This document shows, piece by piece, positions 1 to 10,419 of a DNA stretch of 32,000 nucleotides; within the stretch, counting starts at the first letter, position 1; each line of letters opens with the position of its first letter. The DNA is from Nitrosospira multiformis ATCC 25196. Its GTDB lineage: Bacteria > Pseudomonadota > Gammaproteobacteria > Burkholderiales > Nitrosomonadaceae. Below the pieces are notes generated by a model. That model was not told where the DNA came from. It made no database searches and was given only the letters and a program-made list of their open reading frames with translations. The DNA is taken from the NCBI RefSeq assembly GCF_000196355.1, contig NC_007614.1:1830001-1862000 (forward strand), written 5' to 3'. Made by a program: the position numbers and the translations under genes.

Positions 1-1
1 T

Positions 2-250
2 GCCCGGGACTCAGGACGGAAGTGCTGCTGCGATTTTTTCTATCTGTCCGACGCCAGACGCGCGGAAGCCATCGAAAAAAGCCTGCAGATGGAAAACTGG
101 AGTCGGACGCGAAACGGACATGGGCTTATCGTGGCATTGAAAATTCGCCACCTGCTGGACATCGATTTTCGCAATGCGCTGCATGATATTGTACAAGAAC
201 TGCGCGCCCAGGAACCGCGGGTTCCAACGCCTGGAAAGCAAGTGAAATGA
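2..250 (+). CDS. 3' end of a hypothetical protein (5' partial at window edge)
   Basis: Open frame from the window edge: ...ARDSGRKCCCDFFYLSDARRAEAIEKSLQMENW...LRAQEPRVPTPGKQVK*. No family recognised. Confidence 0.5.
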   Translation, partial: ARDSGRKCCCDFFYLSDARRAEAIEKSLQMENWSRTRNGHGLIVALKIRHLLDIDFRNALHDIVQELRAQEPRVPTPGKQVK

Positions 251-516
251 GTTGGCTTCTTGAAGAATCTCATCCGGGATGCGGCATTTGGCTGGAGCCT
301 TTGAGTCTGTCGATATCACTCCGGTGTTCTATGCGCTTTCGCAGAGAAAGGCAGGACACGTGCACGAGCGGTTTTTCTCGCTGTCACGGTTGCCTCTTCC
401 CGCCCTTGCATAGTCGCCTCGCCAGCAAAATACCGTTCGAGATCCGGGGCTCATGCACCGGGAGGCAAACGGATCGTAGATATCGTGAATATTTTCCCTT
501 TCAGCAAGGCTCCTGC

Positions 517-1167
517 TTACTCTGATTTGTTCTCCCCCCGGGCACCGGCGGGCTTGCGGTTGAAAGAACCCATTTCCGGAACGGATGGAAGATCTGTGAA
601 GGTATGCGACAACACGAAGAGAAGGGTGTAGTCATTGTAGTAGGCATCCGCCAGGAAAGCAGAGGTCGAGCCAAGAAAATTCCCTGCTGGCAAGCCAAAG
701 ACATTCAGGTGAAATTTCGCATATCCGGTCTGATACTGGGATTTGTAGAGCGCCAATTCCGGCAGCGAAAATGGAATGAACTGACTCTGGACCGGGGGCA
801 TTCCCATGAATGTCCCCGACAATTCCGTTCCCAGGGCTTCCACGACCACGTCGACCCGATGCGTGGCATCCTTGCCGTCTTTCTGTACCAGATAACCTTG
901 CTGGCCCAGCCATCCGGTTAAAACCTGCTGCAGAAAAGCCTGGTCGGGTGTCATTCCTACGGTGGTGATCGCCACGCCTGCTCCGCGGGGAATAGGCAGA
1001 AATTCTCCTGGCTCATTGGGAAAGCTTCTTTTTACTGCTTCACTCAGGAGGAGTTGTTCGACCGCTGTTCTTGATGATTGAGTGTTGCGCTGCATAGTCG
1101 AGCACCCGGCCAGCAGTATGATGGCGGTTGCCAAAGCAAGGGTTTGCAAGAAATCGATTGTTCTCAT
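517..1167 (-). CDS. hypothetical lipoprotein
   Basis: 216 aa ORF with N-terminal signal and lipobox (ATAIILLAGCS). Confidence 0.75.
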   Translation of the reverse strand: MRTIDFLQTLALATAIILLAGCSTMQRNTQSSRTAVEQLLLSEAVKRSFPNEPGEFLPIPRGAGVAITTVGMTPDQAFLQQVLTGWLGQQGYLVQKDGKDATHRVDVVVEALGTELSGTFMGMPPVQSQFIPFSLPELALYKSQYQTGYAKFHLNVFGLPAGNFLGSTSAFLADAYYNDYTLLFVLSHTFTDLPSVPEMGSFNRKPAGARGENKSE

Positions 1168-1253
1168 TTTCTACCCCGGTTTCTGCTACTGAAAGGAAGA
1201 ATGAAATAGAGAGCTATGAATACGAGCACACGCAAACAAGCGCAAGCCTGCGA

Positions 1254-3029
1254 TCAATCGCCTCGCGGCTTCCTCTCGCGATCGGCCCTGTTGGCGCGGG
1301 AAATGGCCGAAAACAGCCATATTGCCCCAATCGTTGCACAGGCAAAGCCGAGCAGACTGAAGAAAGGGACGCCCCATAGAGTGGGCCCGGTGGAAACTGC
1401 CATCACGACTGAGGAACCCACGATGACAGCGGCAACCACGATACCCACGACCAACCGGTTGACTGCACCGTCCAGTTGATCACCAACGTGTTTGAGATGC
1501 GCCACCTCGATATGAATATCCACTTTGCCCCGACGGGCGGAACGCAACAATCGCGAGAGATCGCGAGGCAGATTGCTTAGCAGGCTTGCCAGCTCGATCG
1601 CTGTGCGCCATCCGCGCTTTGCCATGGCGGCTGGCGCGTAACGGATAGCCATTGCATCCCGTAACAGGGGCAGTGCTTCGCCTGCGATATCCAGTTCCGG
1701 ATCGAGCTCTCTTCCTGTGCCTTCAAGCGTAATGAACGCCTTGAAAAAGAGCGCAAGATCGGGCGGCAGATGCAGCCGATGTCCGCGCAGGATGGCAACA
1801 AGATCTGCAAGCATGGAACCAAGCTTGAGCTGCTTTAGAGGAACGCCCAGATATTGATCGACAAACAGCTGGATTTCAGTCTTAAGCGCTTCTTCGTTGA
1901 CATCCCCCTCCCCGGTCCAGTCGAGCAACACACCGGCTACCGCGGCGGAATCATACTGAACCAACCCGAGTAAAAGATGAATCAGCTCTCCGCGCCGTGC
2001 TTCCCCCAGCAGGCCGATCATGCCGAAATCGATGAAGGCAATTCGATTGCCCGGAAGATAAAACAGGTTGCCAGGGTGCGGGTCTGCGTGGAACAGGCCA
2101 TCCACCAGTATCATTTTTATCACCGCCCCCACCCCACGGCGGGCGAGAACCTTGCGGTCAAGACCCGCCCGATCCACCGCCGCGACATCCCGACCTGAAA
2201 TACCTTGAATATACTCCTGCACACATACGCGTTCACCGGTCCATTGCCAATAAACCTTGGGAATGACAATGAGTGGAAGTAACGAAGAAGATTCACCCTC
2301 GCCGGCAGGCTGTGCCAGGGGCAAAATGGGCGAGGCCTCGTCCGAGTAGCCGGCGAAGTTAGAGGCAACACGTTCTGCATGGCGGCATTCAGCACCAAAA
2401 TCGAGTTCACGCCGGAGTGACTGTGTAAATTGCGCAACCACTTCCTGCCAATGAAAATGACGCAGTTCCGAGTTGCCGGTTTCGATAAGTTCGGCAAGTC
2501 TAGAGAGCCAGCGCAAATCCGCTTCAACCACCACCCGAATGCCGGGACGCCGCACCTTGACCACAACTTCGGTACCATCTTCCAGTCGTGCAAGATGGAC
2601 CTGGGCAATAGACCCGGCGGCGAACGGTTCCGGCTCAAAGGCGGCAAATATTTCCTCGGGGGGAGCCCCCAGATCCTCAGTGAGCTGCTGATGGACTTCG
2701 GGATAAGGGGAGGCGGGTGTACTGTCCTGCAGCTTGCTGAATTCAGCGATCCATTCGGGATCGAAAAGGTCAACGCGTGTTGCCAGAATCTGGCCGAGCT
2801 TGACGAAGGTAGGGCCCATCTCCTCCATGGCGCGCCGCACACTCGCCTGAGGTTCAAGCTGTGCCAGTTCGGTGGCCTCGCTCCAGCGCAATGCGCGTCC
2901 CGCGCGCTCCAGCGCGTGGGCAAACCCGAGCCGGCGCACCACATCCCCGAAACCATGCCGTATGAGGATTGAAGCAATCTCGTGCAGGCGCCCGAGATCC
3001 CGCGCTGCGGTCATTGCCTGCCAGAGCAT
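1254..3029 (-). CDS. AarF/ABC1/UbiB-family kinase-like protein
   Basis: 591 aa. Signatures include [88 protein letters not shown], and C-terminal TM segments. The exact start is uncertain. Confidence 0.9.
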   Translation of the reverse strand: MLWQAMTAARDLGRLHEIASILIRHGFGDVVRRLGFAHALERAGRALRWSEATELAQLEPQASVRRAMEEMGPTFVKLGQILATRVDLFDPEWIAEFSKLQDSTPASPYPEVHQQLTEDLGAPPEEIFAAFEPEPFAAGSIAQVHLARLEDGTEVVVKVRRPGIRVVVEADLRWLSRLAELIETGNSELRHFHWQEVVAQFTQSLRRELDFGAECRHAERVASNFAGYSDEASPILPLAQPAGEGESSSLLPLIVIPKVYWQWTGERVCVQEYIQGISGRDVAAVDRAGLDRKVLARRGVGAVIKMILVDGLFHADPHPGNLFYLPGNRIAFIDFGMIGLLGEARRGELIHLLLGLVQYDSAAVAGVLLDWTGEGDVNEEALKTEIQLFVDQYLGVPLKQLKLGSMLADLVAILRGHRLHLPPDLALFFKAFITLEGTGRELDPELDIAGEALPLLRDAMAIRYAPAAMAKRGWRTAIELASLLSNLPRDLSRLLRSARRGKVDIHIEVAHLKHVGDQLDGAVNRLVVGIVVAAVIVGSSVVMAVSTGPTLWGVPFFSLLGFACATIGAIWLFSAISRANRADRERKPRGD

Positions 3030-3074
3030 CAGCTCTTTCCCGGATTCATGATTTCGACCCGACCTTTACCTTAT

Positions 3075-3755
3075 CTAATCCCGCTCCAGTCTCTGGACCG
3101 TGTCATACAGCCACGCTTCCACAGCCTGAGCATTGGCGCCATAATGTATCTCGCGATGACAATTGGGACACAGCGCCACTGCATTGGAGACAGCATCGGC
3201 TCCGCCATCAGCCAGGCCCTGAACGTAATGCAATTCGAGATAAGGTGATCCATCCGCTCCTTGAAATGGAGCGGGTTTTTCGCATGATTCGCAAGTTCCT
3301 GCTGCCTGTTGCAACACCCATGCCTTCACGTTGGGATCACGCTCTAATTGCGCAACAGATATGCGTCGGCGTTTAGGGCGGGGATTACCGCTGGGCTTGG
3401 GAAGGTCTTTCTGTTCCGCTGCCTCGCGCACAGCAATCTCAAAAGCGGCTACTGGAACCGCCTTTTGTCCACTGATCTGCTCCAGCAATTGTTCGATCCG
3501 CGCAGCAACAAGAGGCCCGATATCTCTTGCCGGCTTCAGTCCGCTCATCCATCCGCGTCCCATGAGCGAAAGGACATAGGAAATGTTCTGCATGAGAGAT
3601 TCAAAAACCCGTTCGCTGCGGCCGAACATTTCCACCAGCTTTTTGTAATACTGCTTCTTTACAATAAGCTGGCCCGTACGCTCATTGCGCTGCATCTCAA
3701 CGTAAGCTTCAATGGAAGCCTTCAGTTCTTCATCGCTCCAGGAAACGTCATCCAT
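3075..3755 (-). CDS. HNH-type nuclease-fold protein
   Basis: C-terminal CESCEKPAPF...LELHYVQGLADGGADAVSNAVALCPNCHREIHYG matches the HNH Cys4/N/H framework. Confidence 0.85.
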   Translation of the reverse strand: MDDVSWSDEELKASIEAYVEMQRNERTGQLIVKKQYYKKLVEMFGRSERVFESLMQNISYVLSLMGRGWMSGLKPARDIGPLVAARIEQLLEQISGQKAVPVAAFEIAVREAAEQKDLPKPSGNPRPKRRRISVAQLERDPNVKAWVLQQAAGTCESCEKPAPFQGADGSPYLELHYVQGLADGGADAVSNAVALCPNCHREIHYGANAQAVEAWLYDTVQRLERD

Positions 3756-4001
3756 GCTTTTCTGCCAATTAACGAGCCACAGTCAGGATTATGACTCGGC
3801 GCTCACACCTGTGCAAATTCGACCTCTGCAATAAGTGCGTCACCGCACAGAAGCTAGAGCTTCTCCATTCCTAAAATTGTTGTGTTTTTCTGCCGTTGGT
3901 TGTGTTTTTGTAAGAAACCTGATCGCCAATAATAAACAATAGTGTCAGCAAGAGGGAGTTTTCGGTCATTTGCTTTTTTCTTCATTTTCAGGGGAGTTAA
4001 C

Positions 4002-4436
4002 ATGAAAACTTATTCTGTATTTAGCGCGGCTGCCAGATTCACAGCATTGGTTGCATTGACTCTGGGCCTGGCTGTGGGTATGGGAGGAAACGTTCAGGCA
4101 CAGGACGGGATGCATGAGGGCCATAAATCCGATTCGAAATCCCATGGGGCGCACCAAAAAGAACTGCCCTGCGGCGGACCTAGCGTAATTAAATGTCCCC
4201 GAGGTATGTCCTGTGTGGATGATCCATCAGATAAGTGCGATCCCACCAAAGATGGTCTGAACTGTCCGGGCAAGTGCGTAGCGGGCAAGGGCGAAGAAAC
4301 AAAAGTCAAGCAACCTTGCGGCGGCCCCAGCAGAATCAAATGCGCGGGTGGCATGGTTTGCATCGATGATCCATCGGATAACTGCGACCCCACCAGGGAT
4401 GGACTAGACTGCAAAGGAATGTGTGTAGCCAAGTAA
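4002..4436 (+). CDS. secreted small cysteine-rich protein with two six-Cys modules
   Basis: RBS-like ggggag upstream of ATG; signal peptide MKTYSVFSAAARFTALVALTLGLAVGMGGNVQAQ; two modules CGGPSxIKCxxGMxCxDDPSDxCDPTxDGLxCxGxC. Confidence 0.85.
   Translation: MKTYSVFSAAARFTALVALTLGLAVGMGGNVQAQDGMHEGHKSDSKSHGAHQKELPCGGPSVIKCPRGMSCVDDPSDKCDPTKDGLNCPGKCVAGKGEETKVKQPCGGPSRIKCAGGMVCIDDPSDNCDPTRDGLDCKGMCVAK
4170..4424 (+). repeat. internal tandem domain repeat (two 36-aa modules, 147-bp period)
   Basis: CGGPSVIKCPRGMSCVDDPSDKCDPTKDGLNCPGKC (4170-4277) and CGGPSRIKCAGGMVCIDDPSDNCDPTRDGLDCKGMC (4317-4424). Confidence 0.9.
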
Positions 4437-4547
4437 TAAGAGGCTATTTGGGAAAACGTAATGGGCTGCAAGTAGTGCGGCCTTTCGTTTCCCTATACAT
4501 CTTATCTGCGCCGCAAGAACATTCCCGAACAACATGCACAAATTAAA

Positions 4548-4570
4548 AACCCGCTCATCAGCGGGTTTTT
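4548..4570. terminator. bidirectional Rho-independent terminator
   Basis: AAAAACCCGC...GCGGGTTTTT hairpin with A/T tracts on both sides, between two convergent genes. Confidence 0.85.
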
Positions 4571-4648
4571 AATTATAACTGTGCGCCAGAACGAGAACGC
4601 ATCTTTCGCCGCCAATACTGCTCCAGCAGCGGCGTCAGATCAATCCAA

Positions 4649-5062
4649 TTAATCGATGACGTTCAGAGAACCGGGAAGGTGGATGTTCTTGGGGTGAAGC
4701 TGGCACCAGATGGTGAATGCACCGACCTTGTCCGCCTTGAAGCTGACGGTCTTGGTTTCGCCCGCCTTGATTACTTCCTTGATTCCATAGGCATCGATGG
4801 AGAAACCTTCGCTGATGGGCGATTTGTTCTCAATGGTGACCTTTACGGTATTACCTTTCTTGACCGTCAGCGCTTCCGGTTCGTTGAGAACATTGAAAGC
4901 CCGGATGTTCTTGACCGTAACACCTTCGACATTGAGTTCAGGAATCGTGGTGTCATAGGCATTGATAACCACCGTGAATTTTTGTTCTGCTGCGTGCACC
5001 GCACCCGTCAACAGCATGCCAAAAGCCAGACCTGCAAACATTGCCTTGTTTATTTTCATCAT
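4649..5062 (-). CDS. ncyA: nitrosocyanin (red copper protein)
   Basis: 137 aa, signal peptide, [33 protein letters not shown]...[28 protein letters not shown]...[24 protein letters not shown]; the Cys-X2-His-X4-His and Glu ligand pattern is typical of nitrosocyanin. Confidence 0.95.
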   Translation of the reverse strand: MMKINKAMFAGLAFGMLLTGAVHAAEQKFTVVINAYDTTIPELNVEGVTVKNIRAFNVLNEPEALTVKKGNTVKVTIENKSPISEGFSIDAYGIKEVIKAGETKTVSFKADKVGAFTIWCQLHPKNIHLPGSLNVID

Positions 5063-5484
5063 TAGTTTCCTTTCGAAGTTTAGTTGGTTTTAATTAAATG
5101 GCATTTCTGGAACCAATACTTTGTATGGGATGACGCCGAATGTCAAGAGTCACTTTCTCATCAACTTCCGGCTTGAGAACCAATTTCCCCGCTCATTTCG
5201 GCATCATCACGTTTATCAGAAATCTTCCCCATCATTCTTTTACAATACCAGGCAAATAGAACTGAATATTATCATATTTAAATCAACAAGTTGAATTTAT
5301 TATTTCTAGGCTTGCAGATTCCTGGCCACGATCCTGGGAAGAAACCGGCGTGCCCGAAAGAGCCCGGGCAGGTCGATCCGAATTTACCTAAGGAGCCCCT
5401 GGACTGTTGTATTTATCACACAATCCGGCACATCAATTTACGATTTCGTGCGTTTCCAGGGAAAAGTGGTGCAAATTCCGGCGT

Positions 5485-5691
5485 TCATCTTGATTTCTTC
5501 AGCCGGTCAATTACTCTCCCCTCGCCGCTCACTGATTGCTCAAGAACTTGAAGGACTTCTTGCCGAGTCGTCTCGTCCAGGCTTCTTATCAAGTCAATCA
5601 AGGCTCGCTGCGATTCTTCCAACCCCAAGTTCCATAGCTTCAAGATGTGATCGATCAGTTGATCATTTCCTATTTGGTATTCGCGCTTCAT
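5485..5691 (-). CDS. small hypothetical protein
   Basis: 68 aa with plausible helical composition (MKREYQIGNDQLIDHILKLWNLGLEESQRALIDLIRSLDETTRQEVLQVLEQ...). Confidence 0.45.
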   Translation of the reverse strand: MKREYQIGNDQLIDHILKLWNLGLEESQRALIDLIRSLDETTRQEVLQVLEQSVSGEGRVIDRLKKSR

Positions 5692-5913
5692 CCTTTCCTC
5701 TCTCTTTAATGAGTCTAGGCAAGGTACGTTATTACATCAGGGATTAAATTGATGTGAATCAGCTGTGAGATGCTTGTGACCTTCGGAGGTTGGCAAAAAA
5801 AACCCGACGAATGACGTTTACTGCAATCGCTTTCCTGTCTGGAAGGGAGAAGCGAATAGATAGATTAACAATACAATGGAATCTCTACCGTTAAATACTT
5901 AACGCATGAAAAT

Positions 5914-5937
5914 AAAAAACCCGCGCAGGCGGGTTTA
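5914..5937 (-). terminator. Rho-independent terminator downstream of the CsbD gene
   Basis: Minus-strand AAACCCGCCTGCGCGGGTTTTTTATT hairpin plus T-run. Confidence 0.8.
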
Positions 5938-5999
5938 GGAAGTGAGAGAGGAGAATATATTGTTATTATTGAGCGATCTTTTAGCTTCCCGGCATTTCG

Positions 6000-6185
6000 T
6001 CAGAGCTTGTCAGCCGCGTCCTTGACTGCCTCTTTCGCATCGCCAAATCCTTTTTGGATTTTGCCTTCAGCCTGCTTGGCAAGTCCCTTGGCTTGCTGTT
6101 CCTTGTCGCCGGTCAATTCTCCTACCTCCTGCTGTACTTTGCCGGCGATATCTTTAGCCGCACCTTTAACTTGATCTTTGTTCAT
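6000..6185 (-). CDS. CsbD-family stress protein
   Basis: MNKDQVKGAAKDIAGKVQQEVGELTGDKEQQAKGLAKQAEGKIQKGFGDAKEAVKDAADKL is a classic CsbD sequence. Confidence 0.95.
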   Translation of the reverse strand: MNKDQVKGAAKDIAGKVQQEVGELTGDKEQQAKGLAKQAEGKIQKGFGDAKEAVKDAADKL

Positions 6186-6660
6186 CTGTAAATCTCCTTA
6201 AAGATGTTTCCTTATCCACAGTGGACGAGAAACATGGAGATTACAATATCAGATGATATTGCTGAGTAATGTTCGGTAGCAAACACAGCAATAAAAAACC
6301 GCTTGGAGGGATGAAACAGGGCAACACCGATTTATCTCAACTTGATCACAGGGCGGAGCGGATAAACATCACGCTGCCAGATGAGCGCCAAAGGTTATTG
6401 ATGAAAGGGAAAAGAAGACAGGAGGACGGGATTCTTCTTTCTTGACCAAAGCTGGATTGGACGCAGCAAGGGGGATGAGGGGAAAAGTGTAGGCGATGCA
6501 GGAGTGGGAAATAAAAACCCAGGCCCATAAAAGGGAAGTGCTTCGGAGCTTGGGGCGGCAGATTGGAGTCAACTGCAACCGCATGGCTATAATACCTCTG
6601 TGACGGCTCACCGAACAGTCGATAAGAAGGACTTCTCCGGTTTGGAATTGCTAACGGCCG

Positions 6661-6969
6661 CTACTGATTCAGAACGCACTCCAGTTCGGGTGGGTCCAGG
6701 CTTAGTCCTGCCCACAACGCCGCGTCCGTCTGAGACAGGATCATTCCTTGTTGAGCTGCCTGCGCTACCGCCTGGCGCTCCTTTTCCATTTGAACCCAAA
6801 ACAAGCGTTCGTATTGGCCTGTTTCCAGCAGGCTTCGAACCCTCTCCGGCCGAAGAATCATCCACCGATTCGCCAGCCTGCTCCCGTTGTCCCCGAACTG
6901 CGAAATCATCTCTCGAACCGACTCTGGATATTCCTTCTCCAGGTACAGCGACACATCTTGTATTGTCAT
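6661..6969 (-). CDS. small conserved-looking hypothetical protein
   Basis: MTIQDVSLYLEKEYPESVREMISQFGDNGSRLANRWMILRPERVRSLLETGQYERLFWVQMEKERQAV...; GGAGAA-like RBS upstream; protein-like composition. Confidence 0.6.
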   Translation of the reverse strand: MTIQDVSLYLEKEYPESVREMISQFGDNGSRLANRWMILRPERVRSLLETGQYERLFWVQMEKERQAVAQAAQQGMILSQTDAALWAGLSLDPPELECVLNQ

Positions 6970-7138
6970 TTTTCTTCTCCTTATCAAGTTCTTCTTTTAC
7001 AAGTTCTAGCCCGCCCAACGATTGTAGAACGGGAGTCTGTCCTTGATCTACTTTTGACAGACTTGCACCGCCACAGCCTCCTGTATCGGCCTTGTCTCAA
7101 CGGTCTCATTTGGCCCAATCACAGCTGTCGCAGCCTGC

Positions 7139-7288
7139 TTACTTCCGGCCTGCCAGCTGTCGCCACATTTGAATCACAGTTCCGTTCGCATCTCGAGCCA
7201 TGACAACATGAGTGGCATCAGCAGGCTTCTCATCTATCTCATATCCCGGCGCTTCCCCCAAGCCCGGCACCCAATTCAAAATAGCCAT
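7139..7288 (-). CDS. putative 49-aa small protein (not in the ORF track)
   Basis: Reading the minus strand: AGGAAG RBS, then ATG: MAILNWVPGLGEAPGYEIDEKPADATHVVMARDANGTVIQMWRQLAGRK*. It lies just downstream of the hairpin at 7319-7341. Confidence 0.4.
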   Translation of the reverse strand: MAILNWVPGLGEAPGYEIDEKPADATHVVMARDANGTVIQMWRQLAGRK

Positions 7289-7318
7289 ATGTAACTTCCT
7301 ATTTCAATTCACTTAAAT

Positions 7319-7341
7319 AAAAAAACCGCCCGAGGGCGGTT
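7319..7341 (-). terminator. Rho-independent terminator
   Basis: Minus-strand AAACCGCCCTCGGGCGGTTTTTTTATT. Confidence 0.75.
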
Positions 7342-8010
7342 TGATGATCCTGTTTTAGTGGATGCTACGCTTTGCAGGCGTTCCCTTTCAGGTTGATCCA
7401 ACAACGATCCCTTTCTCAACTTCAAAGGTGGTTTGGCATGACTTCGTATTTTCGACACTTCCTTCCCCAGCCGGAACCATTACAGACTTGGAAAAAGAAT
7501 AAATAAGGAACTTCCTGTCTCCTGCCTCATAAACTTACTGAGGACTTCCCAGCAACATGATCAAATCCATCTCAGTGTAAATATCCTCTTCATAATGAGT
7601 CTCCAGCTGTTGAGCGCGATCCCGGTCTACCAGACTTGATATCACGACAATCTTCTTTTAACCATTCCCAATCCTCCGGAAGAAGAGTTACTAACCTCGC
7701 TCTCCTGTTTCCTGGCGAGCGGTTTGGCGGCATCTCTGAATATCATTCGATCCTCCGAGTTTTGCTAATCGAACGAGGACGCGTATGGGCTTTCCAGACT
7801 GGAAGTGACTCGGAGGCAATCGAAGGCGCTGCGTGAGATAAAAGAGTCTGATGTGCAATCCATGCGCTCGATAGCGGCAGAAAATCTACCGGACTCGACA
7901 GAGAATCGCCAGAGACATGCTGCGCAGCTTGATAGACCGCATTAATTTGGATTCCTCCAGCCCTAGCCTGCTGTATTCATTACAAATCAAGCTAAAAACT
8001 GAGGATTTCG

Positions 8011-8086
8011 TGGCGTCCCCAGGGGGATTCGAACCCCCGTACTCACCGTGAAAGGGTGATGTCCTAGGCCTCTAGACGATGGGGAC
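8011..8086 (-). tRNA. tRNA-Glu(TTC)
   Basis: Minus strand GTCCCCATCGTCTAGAGGCCTAGGACATCACCCTTTCACGGTGAGTACGGGGGTTCGAATCCCCCTGGGGACGCCA; full cloverleaf with encoded CCA. Confidence 0.97.
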
Positions 8087-8144
8087 CAGAGGACTTTGAA
8101 ATACTTAAAGCTGTTTACCGTCAGTTTGTGATATTGCCATAAAC

Positions 8145-8220
<76 letters not shown>

Positions 8221-8483
8221 GGCAAAAGAAGGCGAATTATACTGACCGCTATTTTTCCCGTCAATGTACAGGTAGAAGTATATCATCCCCATCATCCTCT
8301 GGGAGCTCGCTCCGCGAACAATTGATCCTTTCCCCTTGCTTGTTCTGACCGCTCCTCATCCCGCTCGTCCCGTCTCTTCGCCCTTTCCACAGGCTTAGGG
8401 CCCATGCGCGTCGAAGGTGAGAGCGAAAAGGGGAACGGCGGCAGGATGGGGCGTGGAATATTCCCGGCATTTATTCCTGATTA

Positions 8484-9881
8484 TCAGCTCAAAAAGTACT
8501 CAAGCTGCCTGTCCATCCTCCGCAGCGTTTCCTCCCTCCCCAGCAGTTCCAGCACCGCATTGATCGCCGGAGTCTGGGCTTCTCCTGTAACCATAACGCG
8601 TAATGGCATTGCCACCTTCGGCATCTTCACGCCATGTGCCGTAGCGCTGGCCTTGATTGCGTCGTTGATGGCATGGCCTTCCCATTCGAGGGTGGCAAGT
8701 TTTGTCCGCAAATCGAGAATTGGGCCTTTAGCCTCAGCGGAGAAATACTGTGCTCTCAGTTCCTCGGCAGGTTCCAGCGGCCGGAAGAAATAAACGGCCG
8801 CATCTGCCAGTTCCGCAATGGTATTGACGCGCTCCTTGAGCAGATTCATAACCTTGCGCAAATCGGGGGTCCCTCCGCCCGTAACGTCACAGCCGTCCGC
8901 CGCGAGAAAAGGTTTTACCAATTCCGCCAGCCGCTCGTTGTCCGCCGTTTTCAGGTACTGCTGGTTGAGCCATTGCAATTTTTCCGGATTGAACTTCGCC
9001 GGTGAGCGATTGATATTGGATAAATCGAACCACTCCACCAACTGCTCCCGGCTGAATATTTCCTCATCACCATGCGACCAGCCCAGCCGGGCCAGATAAT
9101 TCACCAACGCCTCTGGCAGGTAACCATCTTCACGATATTGCATCACCGAGACCGCGCCATGCCGCTTCGATAAACGCTCGCCATCCGCACCGAGAATCAT
9201 CGGCACATGCGCATATTGCGGCAGAGGCGCGCCCAAGGCCTTCAATATATTGATCTGGCGCGGTGTGTTGTTCACGTGATCATCACCCCGAATCACATGC
9301 GTGATGTTCATATCGAGATCGTCAATCACCACGCCAAAGTTATAAGTCGGCACTCCATCCCCGCGCAACAGCACGAGATCATCCAGCTCACTGTTGGCAA
9401 CGGTGATTTCACCCTTAATCAGGTCCTTGAATGTTACCTCCCCATCCAGCGGATTTTTCAATCGCACGACCGGCTTCACACCGGCAGGAGGTTCCTCCCT
9501 GGAATCACGCCAGCGACCATCATAACGCGGCTTCAATCCCGCCGCGCGCTGCTGCTCCCGCATTGCATCCAGTTCTTCCCTGCTGCAATAGCAGTAATAG
9601 GCCTGCCCCCTGCGCAACAACTGCTCCGCTACTTCATGGTAGCGGGCCAGCCGCTGCATCTGGTAAAACGGCCCCTCGTCATAGTCCAGCCCCAGCCACG
9701 CCATACCGTCCAGAATCGCTTGGGTTGATTGAGCAGTGGAACGTTCCAGATCCGTATCTTCAATCCGAAGGACGAATTTACCGCCATGCTTGCGGGCATA
9801 AGCCCAGGAAAACAGCGCCGTGCGAGCGCCGCCAATATGAAGATAGCCCGTAGGACTGGGAGCGAAACGAGTGCGAATCAT
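8484..9881 (-). CDS. gltX: glutamate--tRNA ligase
   Basis: [44 protein letters not shown] (HIGH motif) and [13 protein letters not shown] (KMSKS-type motif). Internal ATG chosen as the start. Confidence 0.97.
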   Translation of the reverse strand: MIRTRFAPSPTGYLHIGGARTALFSWAYARKHGGKFVLRIEDTDLERSTAQSTQAILDGMAWLGLDYDEGPFYQMQRLARYHEVAEQLLRRGQAYYCYCSREELDAMREQQRAAGLKPRYDGRWRDSREEPPAGVKPVVRLKNPLDGEVTFKDLIKGEITVANSELDDLVLLRGDGVPTYNFGVVIDDLDMNITHVIRGDDHVNNTPRQINILKALGAPLPQYAHVPMILGADGERLSKRHGAVSVMQYREDGYLPEALVNYLARLGWSHGDEEIFSREQLVEWFDLSNINRSPAKFNPEKLQWLNQQYLKTADNERLAELVKPFLAADGCDVTGGGTPDLRKVMNLLKERVNTIAELADAAVYFFRPLEPAEELRAQYFSAEAKGPILDLRTKLATLEWEGHAINDAIKASATAHGVKMPKVAMPLRVMVTGEAQTPAINAVLELLGREETLRRMDRQLEYFLS

Positions 9882-10079
9882 GGGTGGGGCGCCGATTACA
9901 GGAATCAGCTCGACAGTTGTGGAAACCCGCCATTTTACAAGAATGTAAGTCAGGCGTGACTTAACATTCCTGCGGCCCGCATGCGCAACTTGCATAAGGG
10001 GATGCGTTGACCGGAATCGTCGATTTATGCTCTAATTGCGCCACCCTCAAGCGTTATCAATTCAGGATAACGTCACAAC

Positions 10080-10154
10080 GGGCGGTTAACTCAGCGGTAG
10101 AGTGCCACCTTCACACGGTGGAAGCCACTGGTTCGATCCCAGTACCGCCCACCA
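10080..10154 (+). tRNA. tRNA-Val(CAC)
   Basis: GGGCGGTTAACTCAGCGGTAGAGTGCCACCTTCACACGGTGGAAGCCACTGGTTCGATCCCAGTACCGCCCACCA; 7-bp acceptor stem, anticodon loop TTCACAC. Confidence 0.95.
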
Positions 10155-10419
10155 AAAGATAATCCAGCAAGCTGAAGACACCCAGGAATTTTGGCGGATA
10201 TGAACCAGGTGCGCCCGTCTTCCTCGCCAAACTTCCGTCTAATTTTGCAATTGCTCGATAGGTATCAGCATCGCCTCAATGGACGAAACCTTAATGGGAA
10301 TGAGCGACAATCAAAACCAGGGTACGCTTGCCGTCTTCAGCAAATCCAGTAGATCCGGCAACCCTCCTTGAAAAACCGGTTTCCGCCACAAAAGGGTTAA
10401 CGAATAATAGCGCGAGCGT

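Noticed and set aside
2120-2977. 285-aa minus-strand ORF within the UbiB-like gene
   Set aside because: Out-of-frame shadow of the UbiB-family CDS, rich in Arg/Ser/Pro with no domain signal.
6608-7018. 136-aa minus-strand and 148-aa plus-strand overlapping ORFs
   Set aside because: Gly/Arg/Pro/Ser-rich shadow frames; the 6661-6969 minus-strand frame looks more protein-like.
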